A DNA stretch of 64,000 bases, taken from an uncultured Bacteroidales bacterium (lineage in GTDB: Bacteria > Bacteroidota > Bacteroidia > Bacteroidales > Marinilabiliaceae). The DNA lies in NCBI GenBank assembly GCA_937892255.1, contig CALAUL010000016.1, positions 6,419 through 70,418 on the forward strand, read 5' to 3'. How positions within the stretch are numbered: the stretch's first letter is position 1; the number at the start of each line of letters is the position of its first letter. The notes beneath the pieces were generated by a model that was not told where the DNA came from, searched no databases, and was given only the letters and a program-made list of their open reading frames with translations. Below are positions 29,584 to 39,618 of this stretch, piece by piece. The translations under genes and the position numbers were made by a program.

Positions 29584-30945
29584 ATGAATAAGAGTTTAGA
29601 GTATATTGTCTTAGGTTTTCTTTTATTGGTGGGCGCATGCAAACCGGAATACACATATAATCCGGACTCAGCTTCTCTTATGTTCGCAACGGATACGCTC
29701 TCTTTCGATACCATATTTACCGGAGAATCAACACCCACTACACATCTCGCATTGTACAACAAATCAGATGAAGATTTGTTTATTGACCGTATATGGCTTT
29801 CCGGAGGAGACAACTCGAGCTACAACGTAAATATCAATGGCACAAACGCCACATCGGTCGAGCAAGTGAGGCTTCCCAAACGCGATAGCCTTTGGATATT
29901 CGTTAATATCTGCCCAATAGAAACGGCCGATGTTGAGCCATACGTTGTGGAAGATGTTGTCAATGTTACCTCGGGAAGTCATACCATATCGACACGTCTT
30001 ATTGCGTATGCGCAGAACGTGAATCGTCTTAACGAATCGCATGTAGGCGGACAAACATGGTCTTCACAACGTCCGTATTTGCTATCGGGGACAAATATCG
30101 TCGACTTGGCTCAAACGCTTACCATATCAGAGGGAACAAAGGTTTATTTTGAAGAGGGAGCATCGTTGCAAGTGTATGGAAATATTGTCGTTACAGGTTC
30201 AGTGCGGCGACGAGTCATTTTCAAAGGAGTACGTAATGATGAGTTCTACGACGATATTCCCGGACAATGGAGTTCTATCACCTTCATGCCCGGGTCAAAA
30301 AATAATTATATAAGCTATTCGGATATAGCATGCGCCAAATATGGCATACAGGCAGATTCGGCATCGTCCGTCGATATTGAAAATGTCGTTATCCGAGATG
30401 CTTCCTATGGCGCAATATTGGCTTATGGAGCAGATGTAAGTATCTATAATTCAATACTTTACAATTGCGGGGGAGCTCTTGTTGCAGCCTACGGAGGAAA
30501 TACCAAACTTGTTCATTGCACGTTGTCAAATTACTATGCATGGGAAGTGCGTCGCAAGCCTGCTCTTTGGGCAGTGTCAGCGGATAATTATCCGCCATTG
30601 CAAGGACTTTCGGTGTTGAATTCTATTGTGGTTGGCAATCAGACAGATGAGATTGATATCAGTACTCTGCCTGATGAAGGAGTTCTTTTTTCGCATTCAT
30701 ACTTAAAACTATCAACGGAGGACGAAGACAATCGCTTTAAAGCAGTTAAAATGGGCGCAACACCGGGTTTTGTCAATCGTGATGAAAACGATTACCATCT
30801 GACGGACAAGTCCGAATGCATCAATCTTGCTTATCCGTCATATTCAGAAGAAGTTCCTTTCGATTTCGATGGTAAAAGTCGTTTTTCGGACTTTTGTCCG
30901 GATATGGGAGCGTTGGAATTCATGCCAAAAACGAACGAACAATGA
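29584..30945 (+). CDS. hypothetical lipoprotein, probably right-handed beta-helix repeats
   Basis: Lipobox LLVGAC. Repetitive G/N/I/V-rich segments (ISYSDIACAKYGIQADSASSVDIENVVIRDASYGAILAYGADVSIYNSILYNCGG) suggest a pectin-lyase-like fold. Confidence 0.45.
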   Translation: MNKSLEYIVLGFLLLVGACKPEYTYNPDSASLMFATDTLSFDTIFTGESTPTTHLALYNKSDEDLFIDRIWLSGGDNSSYNVNINGTNATSVEQVRLPKRDSLWIFVNICPIETADVEPYVVEDVVNVTSGSHTISTRLIAYAQNVNRLNESHVGGQTWSSQRPYLLSGTNIVDLAQTLTISEGTKVYFEEGASLQVYGNIVVTGSVRRRVIFKGVRNDEFYDDIPGQWSSITFMPGSKNNYISYSDIACAKYGIQADSASSVDIENVVIRDASYGAILAYGADVSIYNSILYNCGGALVAAYGGNTKLVHCTLSNYYAWEVRRKPALWAVSADNYPPLQGLSVLNSIVVGNQTDEIDISTLPDEGVLFSHSYLKLSTEDEDNRFKAVKMGATPGFVNRDENDYHLTDKSECINLAYPSYSEEVPFDFDGKSRFSDFCPDMGALEFMPKTNEQ

Positions 30946-31973
30946 GATACTTCGGTTTTATACTTGTTTTTTTGTTGATGGAGCCACAGTTGGCAGAAGC
31001 TCAACGGCTTAGAGGAAAAACAGATACGTTGACCGTAGTGTCATACAATATCGAGAATTTTTTCAACCCGACAGACGATCCAGAAAAAAATGACGATGAT
31101 TTCACTCCCGAAGGAGCATATCACTGGACGGAATCGCGATTGAGAATCAAGGCAGGTCGCATAGCACGTGTTATCTCCTCTGTAAATGGTTGGAATATAC
31201 CGGATATCGTAGGACTTTGTGAAATAGAGGGTCCCGAAGCAGTCGAATTGCTATTGCGTCGAGGTCGTCTGAGACGCTATTATGAAGGCTTGTGCTTCCC
31301 GACATCAGACGGACGCGGCATAGCTACGGCAATGTTGTATCGCAAGGATCGAGTTGAAGTCCTTCATTCGCAAGCCATAGTCACATCATCTCCCGAACGA
31401 CGATTTTTTACGCGAGACATATTATATGCTAAAATCGCCGTCTCTCGAGATACATTTCATATTTTCGTAAATCATTGGCCATCGAAAAGAGGCGGAGGCA
31501 ATAAATCAGACGCCTTGCGTGATACGGTGGCATTTCAGCTCAAGCAGTTTGTTGATTCGGTTTTAGACGTCTCGTCCAAGGCAAATGTCATCATTATGGG
31601 CGATTTCAACGACTCTGAGACATCTGCGTGCCTGACCTCTGTACTCGGGACTTCCAACGACGCATCTTTCTCCGGCGATAACTCGTCAAAGTATCTTTTC
31701 AATCTCTCCACTCTTACCTCCGATAAGTCATATAAATACAGAGGAGTTTGGAGAACTATCGACCATATTATAGTTGCGAGGTCGATGTTAGACAGATATA
31801 CGTGTTCGTTTGCGGTATATGCACCACCTTATCTCTTGTATCCGGAGCAAATGCCGTATGTCGGAGAAAAGCCTTTACGTACATATCTTGGGCAGAAATA
31901 CAACGATGGTTATAGCGATCATTTGCCCGTTATTGCAAAGTTTGTGCTTAAAGATTCTATCAATGAAAAATAG
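30942..31973 (+). CDS. secreted endonuclease/exonuclease/phosphatase (EEP) family protein
   Basis: Signal peptide MRYFGFILVFLLMEPQLAEAQ. EEP motifs VVSYNIENFF, GLCEIE, IMGDFND and SDHLPV. An ATGA overlap with the upstream gene supports the ATG at 30942. Confidence 0.75.
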   Translation: MRYFGFILVFLLMEPQLAEAQRLRGKTDTLTVVSYNIENFFNPTDDPEKNDDDFTPEGAYHWTESRLRIKAGRIARVISSVNGWNIPDIVGLCEIEGPEAVELLLRRGRLRRYYEGLCFPTSDGRGIATAMLYRKDRVEVLHSQAIVTSSPERRFFTRDILYAKIAVSRDTFHIFVNHWPSKRGGGNKSDALRDTVAFQLKQFVDSVLDVSSKANVIIMGDFNDSETSACLTSVLGTSNDASFSGDNSSKYLFNLSTLTSDKSYKYRGVWRTIDHIIVARSMLDRYTCSFAVYAPPYLLYPEQMPYVGEKPLRTYLGQKYNDGYSDHLPVIAKFVLKDSINEK

Positions 31974-31982
31974 TAAAACATT

Positions 31983-32663
31983 ATGAAATCGACAGTTAAA
32001 GTAGAGATGCTTGACATCTATAATCATATCGACAAACCTACTGCTATTATAGTAGCAAATGGTACACCGGGATTTGAAGGCGTGTTACATGTCTTTCTTA
32101 CCAACGATAGTCTTTCAACCTGGCTCTCCAATATGCGAGAAAAGTATCCTGACGTTGAGTTTAAGTATGTAGAAGATTCTCTTGGTGTGGCGGTCAATTT
32201 TGTTATTTGGAACGACTTTTCCGGTATGAGTCTTCATACGACAATTGAGTCGTCGCTCGATGTCTCAAAACAAGATTTGTCTGTTCTTACCGACATAGTC
32301 GATAGTTTCGTTGTGATGTCGCGGTTAAACAAAGGACGTATTTCTATAGCAGAGGCGGCTATGCATCTTAAGAACAAAGAAGTTTACTTTGCAGGCACCA
32401 TGCCAAATGAAGGAGACAAAATGTCGACTAAGAACGTTGTTCGCGGTGCTACTTTTTTAAAACGCACTTCAAACGGAGAGACATACGAATCGTTGGCAGT
32501 ATATCTGAGTATCGACAGTGCTCGTGCCTCATGTCCTGACAAGACGCCTATATCGTCGTGTAAACTTTCTGATCTTGCGAAGTTATGGGACGGTCTTTAT
32601 CCATTGATAATTGAGCCTAAACGTGCATTTTGTGTGGAGTTCTCGCCTATATCTCTTTTGTAG
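31983..32663 (+). CDS. hypothetical protein (226 aa, no signal peptide)
   Basis: Clean ORF in the gap between the EEP gene and the convergent MBL gene. No motif that I can assign with confidence. Confidence 0.5.
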   Translation: MKSTVKVEMLDIYNHIDKPTAIIVANGTPGFEGVLHVFLTNDSLSTWLSNMREKYPDVEFKYVEDSLGVAVNFVIWNDFSGMSLHTTIESSLDVSKQDLSVLTDIVDSFVVMSRLNKGRISIAEAAMHLKNKEVYFAGTMPNEGDKMSTKNVVRGATFLKRTSNGETYESLAVYLSIDSARASCPDKTPISSCKLSDLAKLWDGLYPLIIEPKRAFCVEFSPISLL

Positions 32664-32674
32664 AGTGATTTCGT

Positions 32675-33487
32675 TCAATTGTTGATAGTATAGACTTCTC
32701 CTACATCATTGCGTTTGATGGCAGTGATGGTATATTTGTCGTTGAGGTCATTGAACTCACCGAGAGCTTTGTCTATGGTGTTGTTGTTCTCGCTAATGTG
32801 TGAGAGTATTACGAGTTGCAGTTTTTCGGGTTGTGTCTCATCCAACAAGTCATGAGCTTGTCTGTTTGATAGATGTCCTTCGTTGCCGGAAACTCTGTCT
32901 TTGAGTTTCTTGGGGTATGGACCATTTTTGAGCATAGTCTCGTCGTAGTTAGATTCCAAAAAGACGGCGTTGCATAGTTTGAAGTGACTTTTCAGTGTGT
33001 CTGTCACTTTGCCTATGTCAGTAAATACGCCAATGTTGGTGCCGTTAATGTCTATCCTGAAACTACAAGGCTCCAATACGTCGTGAGGTTTCGTAAGGCA
33101 ATGAATCTTAAAGTCGTTTACAGTTAAAGATTCTCCGCAAGCTATGATATTAACCATTTCGCTGGGCATGTAGTATGGCTTTGTCATTTTTGCGGTGCCG
33201 GCAGTCATGTATATCTTTGCTCTCGGGTGTCGTTTGCAAAAGCCTTTTAGGCCTCTCACGTGGTCTGAATGTTCGTGTGTGACAAATACCGCAATGACTT
33301 TTTCTAAGCTTATGCCGCATTTGAAAGCTCGTTGCGAGAGTGACAACATCGGATTTTTTGATTTGCGATTTGTCGGATTGTATGATACTCCGACATCTAT
33401 AAGTATAGCGTTATCACCATATTCTATGTAGTACGCATTGCCACTACTTCCCGAGGCTAATGCACATATTCGTATTTTCTTGTCCAT
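32675..33487 (-). CDS. MBL-fold metallo-hydrolase
   Basis: HEHSDH (HxHxDH) motif and N-terminal ICALASGSSGNAYYIE. The ATG at 33487 (MDKKIRI) is preferred over the listed start at 33553. Confidence 0.8.
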   Translation of the reverse strand: MDKKIRICALASGSSGNAYYIEYGDNAILIDVGVSYNPTNRKSKNPMLSLSQRAFKCGISLEKVIAVFVTHEHSDHVRGLKGFCKRHPRAKIYMTAGTAKMTKPYYMPSEMVNIIACGESLTVNDFKIHCLTKPHDVLEPCSFRIDINGTNIGVFTDIGKVTDTLKSHFKLCNAVFLESNYDETMLKNGPYPKKLKDRVSGNEGHLSNRQAHDLLDETQPEKLQLVILSHISENNNTIDKALGEFNDLNDKYTITAIKRNDVGEVYTINN

Positions 33488-33590
33488 TTCAATCACAAAG
33501 ATACAACAAAGAAATGAATTAAGACGATGTTTTAATTCGAGCTTAAAAAACAAAGCAAAATAAGGGACAATAATCTTGTTGAATCGGATA

Positions 33591-34391
33591 CTAAAATTCG
33601 GTTCCCTTTATCAATTGTTTTATTTCGTATATGTCGCGGAGTAGTTTTGAGAGATGATAAGTATCGCGGATTGCGTTTTTGTCAGTGTCTGTCATGATGA
33701 TTTTGTATCGAGTGTTATTACCCGAAGGCGATGTGCCACAGAATGTGACCTCGATGCGTTCTCGAGTGTTGTTGGCAATAAAGCTTGCAACGCCATTGTC
33801 AGAACCGTGTTTGTATTTGACTATTTCCCATGTTCTGCCGTTGAGGTTGAAATTGTGTCGGTAAGCTCCTGAAGCGATGGTATCTGTTATGATGAGGTTT
33901 TCTCCTATTTTGACTTGTACGCCGTTGTGGTATATGCGTCCTTCACCTGTGTAGTTAGATGACATGTAAAAAACGCCGTTGATGTCGGTATAACTGCGTA
34001 TGTGACTTCTTTCGGAAGCACTATATGCAGATTGTCTTTTGTGGGCGAACACGGGAGGGTCAGCATGTTTGTCTTCGATATAGAAATTGTCGAGGACTTG
34101 CGACATCTCGTCTTCTTTCTCGGTGAGCAGAGAGTCAAGGTATCGTTTGTTGTATTCGCGTTCGGTCTTTTGGACTATTTTAAGCATATCGGTTGCTTCG
34201 ATGGTTGTATTTTCTACATCATAATAGGTGTGTATTATGCTGTCCAAAAGTAATTTGGATTCTGCGTAGTCGCGTGCCATGTAGGCTTCGATGGCTTTAT
34301 CAAAAGTCAACTGCGCCAGATCTTCTTTTGATGGTGCACAAGCCGTGCAGAGAGCCAAAGCTGTTAGCGTTATTTTTATCTTCATTTTCAT
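33591..34391 (-). CDS. hypothetical lipoprotein
   Basis: Lipobox LALCTAC. The start overlaps the rlmN stop in an ATGA arrangement, which suggests translational coupling. Confidence 0.55.
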   Translation of the reverse strand: MKMKIKITLTALALCTACAPSKEDLAQLTFDKAIEAYMARDYAESKLLLDSIIHTYYDVENTTIEATDMLKIVQKTEREYNKRYLDSLLTEKEDEMSQVLDNFYIEDKHADPPVFAHKRQSAYSASERSHIRSYTDINGVFYMSSNYTGEGRIYHNGVQVKIGENLIITDTIASGAYRHNFNLNGRTWEIVKYKHGSDNGVASFIANNTRERIEVTFCGTSPSGNNTRYKIIMTDTDKNAIRDTYHLSKLLRDIYEIKQLIKGTEF

Positions 34392-35425
34392 TTGTCTAAC
34401 TCTAACTGTTTAGTTGATAGTAATCCGCATGCGGCATCGATGTCACTGCCTCGAGAGTTGCGCACTGTGGCGGTGAATCCCTTGGCGTTGAGACTATCTC
34501 GGAACGACTCTAAATGTTTGAGATATAGAGTTCTGTTTGTTGTGTTGTTGCCTTCGGCGGAAGTAGTATTGAGTGGAATGATGTTGATGTGACATCTCAT
34601 GCCGTTAAGTAACGTTGTCAAGGCTTTAATATGTTCGTTACTATCGTTTTGTCCTTCTATAAGAGTGTATTCAAAGGTGAGTTTGCGTTGCCCGCTCCAG
34701 TCGTATTGTCGGAGTTTGGCTATGGTCTGAGTTATAGGCCATTTTTTTTCTGTGGGCATTATTGCTTCGCGCTGAGGAGATATGGCGTTGTGTAGACTTA
34801 TGGCTAAGTGAGCTTGACACTTTTGTAAGAACTCTTCTGTTTGTGGTTGAACGCCTATGGTAGAGACTGTGATGCGTCGCGGACTCCATGCGTATCCCCA
34901 ATCTGATGTGAGTATCTCTATGCTTTTCAGTACTTCGGACAGGTTATCCATAGGCTCTCCCATTCCCATATAGACGATGTTTGTAAGATGCTTGCTTTCG
35001 GGTATTGAGGCCATTTGTCCGAGTATTTCGCCTGCTGTCAGGTTTGCTTTGAACCCCATGCGTCCCGTCATGCAGAAGGCACATCCCATCTTGCAACCTA
35101 CTTGACATGAGACGCAGAGTGTTGCTCGTTCGCCATCGGGGATATATGCTGTTTCGATATATCCTCCTTGTGCTTGGAAGAGGTATTTCTTTGTTCCGTC
35201 TGTTGATTCTGCTACGCGCACATAACGGGAGCGTCCTACTTCGTAGTGTTGTGACAGACGTTCGCGAGAGGCTTTCGACAAGTTTGTCATGTCGGCAATG
35301 TTATTAACCTCTTTTTTGTAAAGCCAGTCACAAATTTGTTTGGCTGCGAACTTGGGCATTCCCATTTCTGTCGTCAGTGCTTGTATTTCGCACAATGTCA
35401 AACCGAAGAGGCGTTGTTTGTTCAT
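34388..35425 (-). CDS. rlmN: 23S rRNA/tRNA (adenine-C2)-methyltransferase, radical SAM
   Basis: CxxxCxxC cluster (CKMGCAFC), MGMGEP, and a C-terminal GSDIDAACGLL. The ATG at 35425 overlaps the cvfB stop (ATGA). Confidence 0.9.
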   Translation of the reverse strand: MNKQRLFGLTLCEIQALTTEMGMPKFAAKQICDWLYKKEVNNIADMTNLSKASRERLSQHYEVGRSRYVRVAESTDGTKKYLFQAQGGYIETAYIPDGERATLCVSCQVGCKMGCAFCMTGRMGFKANLTAGEILGQMASIPESKHLTNIVYMGMGEPMDNLSEVLKSIEILTSDWGYAWSPRRITVSTIGVQPQTEEFLQKCQAHLAISLHNAISPQREAIMPTEKKWPITQTIAKLRQYDWSGQRKLTFEYTLIEGQNDSNEHIKALTTLLNGMRCHINIIPLNTTSAEGNNTTNRTLYLKHLESFRDSLNAKGFTATVRNSRGSDIDAACGLLSTKQLELDK

Positions 35426-36285
35426 AGCAATTCGATGCCTTGAGAAGTTATATTTATAACGCCCTCTTTGTAAAGGGTTCCGATAGTCATTTTGAAGGCT
35501 TTTTTCGAGCAACCGAAGATGACTTTTATAGTCTCGGGTTCGGTTTTGTCTCCTACGGGCATAGAGCCTCCGTGCTCACGCAGGCGACGTATTATCACTT
35601 CGCGAAGTGAGTCGACCTTGTTATAGCCGAGAGCTCTAAGCGAGAGGTCTATTTTGTCGTCGTCACGAACCTTAGCGATGTAAGCCTTTGTCTTTTCTCC
35701 GATGGAGAGACGTCGATGCACTTCGCTGTTGTAAATAATGCCGGTATGAGTATTGTTTATGATGGCTTTGTAGCCGAGAGGAGTCTGTTCACAGATGAGG
35801 ATATTGACTTCTTCTCCTTGTTCGTACTTTGGAGCGAGATTGTCGAGGTATTTGTTGTATTTCTCGGTGGCGGCAATGCGTCCGCTGTTGGAGTCAAGGA
35901 AGATGTAGACGATGTACGATTCATCGACATTCATGCGTGAGCGTTGTTCGCGATATGGAACGAGTAGGTCTTTTAACAGACCCCAATCAAGGAATGCACC
36001 ATGTTGAGTGACTGTCTTGACCTTTAGGAAAGCGAATTCGCCTACGACAGCAAATGGCTTTTCTGTTGTCGCTATCAGACGATCTTCAGAGTCGCGATAG
36101 ATGAAAGCGTCGATGTTGTTCCCAACCTCGACATTGTCGGGAAGATATTTTTTCGGCATGAGGATGTCGCCCATGTCGCCACCATCGAGATATGCGCCGA
36201 AATCAACCATTCTGGCAACACGCAGAGAGTTGTATTTGCCAACCGATATGCTACTTTTTTTCTCCATAAAGCGCAAAGATACCAT
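35422..36285 (-). CDS. cvfB: S1-domain RNA-binding protein, CvfB/YitL family
   Basis: Repeated S1-like modules (..ARMVDFGAYLDGG.., ..HGAFLDWGL..) and a C-terminal winged-helix-like segment. Alternative ATG at 36267. Confidence 0.7.
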   Translation of the reverse strand: MVSLRFMEKKSSISVGKYNSLRVARMVDFGAYLDGGDMGDILMPKKYLPDNVEVGNNIDAFIYRDSEDRLIATTEKPFAVVGEFAFLKVKTVTQHGAFLDWGLLKDLLVPYREQRSRMNVDESYIVYIFLDSNSGRIAATEKYNKYLDNLAPKYEQGEEVNILICEQTPLGYKAIINNTHTGIIYNSEVHRRLSIGEKTKAYIAKVRDDDKIDLSLRALGYNKVDSLREVIIRRLREHGGSMPVGDKTEPETIKVIFGCSKKAFKMTIGTLYKEGVINITSQGIELL

Positions 36286-36306
36286 TTTTCTGCGTAACTT
36301 TACCCC

Positions 36307-36519
36307 ATGAATAGCAATATTTTAACAGATTTAGTATCTACTCCTATGCCTTATGGAAAATATAGGGGGTGTTTGATATGCGATTTGCCGGAGCCATATT
36401 TGGTTTGGTTGCAGTCCAAGGGGTTCCCAAAGGGGAAGTTGGGGAATTTGTTGTCAACGATGTACGAAATACGTTTGAATGGGTTGGAATATTTGCTTAA
36501 GCCATTGCGTAATAATTAA
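36307..36519 (+). CDS. DUF3820-like small protein
   Basis: 70 aa. MPYGKYRGCLICDLPEPYLVWL matches my recollection of the DUF3820 family. Confidence 0.6.
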   Translation: MNSNILTDLVSTPMPYGKYRGCLICDLPEPYLVWLQSKGFPKGKLGNLLSTMYEIRLNGLEYLLKPLRNN

Positions 36520-36531
36520 ATAGAGACAAAG

Positions 36532-37296
36532 ATGAATGAGTTGTTGTTAGGTATAAAATATACGTTTTCGTCGTTTGGATATATACATCGGCATAGGTTG
36601 GGTTATGTCTATTTGATATCGCTGTGCTTAATCGTTTTGTACACGATTGCAAATATGAAGATTTCTGGTTATGTGTCGGACTACATAGAAATGTTGGTAG
36701 ACGCATGGTTGAACTCCATGTCGTTGCCAGATTGGCTAAATGGAACTATTAGCACAACAGCAATGGTGATAACTTCGGTGATATGTTTTATTGCTATTGC
36801 CACGTTGGGAGGTTCTATAATTATGATATTGTTGTCGCCTCTTTTTTCACATATTGCGGAGAAAGTCACATCGAATATTACGGGGAATACATATCCTTTT
36901 AAGATAAAGGTCTTTCTTTACCAGATATGGCGAGGAATAAGGATATCGCTTCGCAATATAGTCTTGCAATATGCCATAATAATCGTGTTGTTTATTTTTA
37001 GCTTTGTTCCTGCTTTGGGCTGGTTTTGCAATATCGCAATCTTTTTTGTCAATGCCTTCTTTTATGGCTTTACATTGATGGATTATGCATTCGAGGTAAA
37101 GATGATGACTATAAAACGGAGTGCAGAATTTGCCAATACCAACAAGTTGTTGCTTATTGGTTTGGGATTGTCATTTTCAATGTGTATGTTTTTGCCTATT
37201 GTTGGAATGTACTTGGCGGCATTTATTGTTCCGGCAACAGTTGTAGCAGGTGTCAGACTATTGAATGAGCGAAATACGGAAATTGAGCAAAACTGA
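36532..37296 (+). CDS. polytopic membrane protein, EI24/CysZ-like
   Basis: Several hydrophobic helices. The overall pattern resembles EI24-domain proteins of Bacteroidota, but the assignment is tentative. Confidence 0.5.
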   Translation: MNELLLGIKYTFSSFGYIHRHRLGYVYLISLCLIVLYTIANMKISGYVSDYIEMLVDAWLNSMSLPDWLNGTISTTAMVITSVICFIAIATLGGSIIMILLSPLFSHIAEKVTSNITGNTYPFKIKVFLYQIWRGIRISLRNIVLQYAIIIVLFIFSFVPALGWFCNIAIFFVNAFFYGFTLMDYAFEVKMMTIKRSAEFANTNKLLLIGLGLSFSMCMFLPIVGMYLAAFIVPATVVAGVRLLNERNTEIEQN

Positions 37297-37357
37297 ACGT
37301 TTGTCGGTTAGAGACAAATTAAATAACGTATAACTCTAAATATTGATTCCTATTTAT

Positions 37358-37365
37358 TAACTTTG
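37358..37365 (+). promoter_or_regulatory. candidate Bacteroides-type -7 promoter element TAACTTTG
   Basis: Exact match to TAnnTTTG, 23 nt upstream of the 37388 start. No well-spaced -33 TTTG element. Confidence 0.3.
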
Positions 37366-37387
37366 CGCAATTGATTTAGGACATCAG

Positions 37388-38251
37388 ATGAATATGATGA
37401 AAAAAATAGCAATGTTGATGTTGGTGCTGGTGGGTGTTGTGTCGTGTGACAATGTTTCTGAAGAAAAGAAAATTGTCTCGGTTGGAGACAGCTACCTTAC
37501 AGAGTCTCGACTCATGGCAGCTTTGCCTTCAAACGTGTCAGTGGCAGATAGTCAGATTATAGCAGAGGAATTTGTGAAACGTTGGGTGCAGCAGCAAGTT
37601 TTGTTGCAAAAGGCGCAGTTGAACCTTACGAGCGACGATCAAGACATAGAGTTGGCTGTGGAGGAGTATCGAACATCGCTGATAGTGGAACGTTATCAGC
37701 AGAAAGTTGTAGCAAGTCTCTTTAATCCTATTATTGCCGATACAGCGATGGAGGCATATTATGAAGAGATGAAGCATAATTTTAAGCTTCATGACAATAT
37801 CATTAAAGGAGTGTTTGCCGTTGTACCGAATGGTGTGCGAGATATAAAGAAAATTAAAAAGATACTGACCTCTGATAAAGTGGAGAATATTGTTGAGTTG
37901 GAGAAATATTTGTACACATCATCGAGTAAGTATGAAATTTCGCTCGATAAGTGGATGCCGATGTCGTATGTGCGTTCGTATATGCCTAATGATATGTTGA
38001 AAAACGAAGTGGCGATGCTGAAATCCAAAAAGTTGATAGAGACAACCGATGGTGAAAATACATATTTGCTCAGAGTGTTGAACTACATGGAAGTAGATGA
38101 TGTGTCGCCGTTGGATTTTGTGAAAGAACAGATATATACGATATTGCTCAACAAAGAGAAGATAAAGTTCATAAAGAAGATGAAAAACGACTTGTTGAAC
38201 GAGGCTCATAAAAACAATAGCATAAAATATTACAACGAAACAAATAGATGA
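37388..38251 (+). CDS. SurA N-terminal-domain-like periplasmic chaperone lipoprotein (no clear rotamase domain)
   Basis: Lipobox GVVSC. Overlaps the following SurA-like gene by 4 nt. Helical chaperone-like sequence. Confidence 0.45.
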   Translation: MNMMKKIAMLMLVLVGVVSCDNVSEEKKIVSVGDSYLTESRLMAALPSNVSVADSQIIAEEFVKRWVQQQVLLQKAQLNLTSDDQDIELAVEEYRTSLIVERYQQKVVASLFNPIIADTAMEAYYEEMKHNFKLHDNIIKGVFAVVPNGVRDIKKIKKILTSDKVENIVELEKYLYTSSSKYEISLDKWMPMSYVRSYMPNDMLKNEVAMLKSKKLIETTDGENTYLLRVLNYMEVDDVSPLDFVKEQIYTILLNKEKIKFIKKMKNDLLNEAHKNNSIKYYNETNR

Positions 38252-39609
38252 TGAGAAAGACTGTTTTTGCGAAGATATACATAATGATGACACTCGTTGT
38301 ATCGGCCACAACGATGCATGCACAGAAAGTACTTATCGATGAAGTTATTGCAACGGTGGGCGATGATGCAATATTGCGTTCAGACGTAGAGTATCAGTAC
38401 GAGCAGGCACTTATAGATGGAACGACTTTCAATGGAGACATGAAATGTCATATTTTTGAGCAACTGCTTATACAGAAACTGATGATAAATCAGGCAAAGA
38501 TAGACAGTGTGGTGGTTGATGAGAATGAAGTCGTAAATCAGGTCGATAGTCGTATTAACTACTTCATGCAACAAGTTGGAGGTCAAGAGAAATTGGAGGA
38601 GTACTTCAATAAACCGTTGGCACAGATAAAACGAGACCAAATGGAAGTTGTGCGTACGCAGATGATAACTCAGCGTATGCAAGGCGAAATAACAAAAGAT
38701 ATAAAGATAACTCCTTCTGAAATACGAGATTACTATAATCGTATGTCGGAAGACAGTATACCATTTATTCCAGCACAATACGAGATAATGCAGATAGTGT
38801 TGTATCCGGCAGTGGAGCAAGAGGAGATAGATCGTATAAAGGGCCGTTTGAGAGAGTTTCAAAAGCAAGTTGCCGAAGGTCGAGATTTTGCGACACTTGC
38901 CGTTCTCTATTCTGATGACCCTGGTTCGGCAACACGTGGAGGAGATTTGGGTTGGTATACCAAATCAGGTTTTGTGCCTGAATTCTCGGCTGTGGCATTC
39001 AACCTACAAGAAAAGGGTAAAGTCTCTAAGATTGTGGAGACAGAGTTTGGTTATCATATCATTCAACTCATAGACAGGAAGGGAGAACGTATCAATTGCC
39101 GTCACATTCTCCTAAAGCCAAAGTTGAGTGCCGAGAATAAAAAGAAAGCATCGGCGTTTCTTGATACAGTGTCGGTAATGATAAATCAAGATAAGATATC
39201 ATTTGAACAAGCTGCTATAAGATTCTCCATGGACAAGGATTCTCGTTCGAATGGCGGTCTTATGGTAAACCCAAACACCGGTTCGTCGAAGTTTCAGATA
39301 AACGAATTGCCGGCCGAGGTGGCAAAAGCAATACAAGGATTGAAAGAGGGTGAATATTCAAAGCCATTCATGATGATAGATGAACAGAAGGGAAAGGAAA
39401 CATATAGAATGGTTATGTTGAAAAGGCGTTATGAGCCTCATAAAGCAAGTATGCGAGAAGACTATTCGATGCTCCAAACTATGATGGAAGACAGGAAACG
39501 CAAGGACGTTGTTGATGAATGGATAACAAAACGCATACAAGAGTTGTATGTCAATATATCACCGGAGTGGCAAAATTGTGAGTTCCAATATGAAGGTTGG
39601 GTTCATTAA
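38248..39609 (+). CDS. SurA-like peptidylprolyl isomerase (parvulin type)
   Basis: Signal peptide, then a parvulin core GGDLGWYTKSGFVPEFSAVAFNL..GKVSKIVETEFGYHIIQL. Confidence 0.8.
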   Translation: MMRKTVFAKIYIMMTLVVSATTMHAQKVLIDEVIATVGDDAILRSDVEYQYEQALIDGTTFNGDMKCHIFEQLLIQKLMINQAKIDSVVVDENEVVNQVDSRINYFMQQVGGQEKLEEYFNKPLAQIKRDQMEVVRTQMITQRMQGEITKDIKITPSEIRDYYNRMSEDSIPFIPAQYEIMQIVLYPAVEQEEIDRIKGRLREFQKQVAEGRDFATLAVLYSDDPGSATRGGDLGWYTKSGFVPEFSAVAFNLQEKGKVSKIVETEFGYHIIQLIDRKGERINCRHILLKPKLSAENKKKASAFLDTVSVMINQDKISFEQAAIRFSMDKDSRSNGGLMVNPNTGSSKFQINELPAEVAKAIQGLKEGEYSKPFMMIDEQKGKETYRMVMLKRRYEPHKASMREDYSMLQTMMEDRKRKDVVDEWITKRIQELYVNISPEWQNCEFQYEGWVH

Positions 39610-39618
39610 ACAGAAGTG

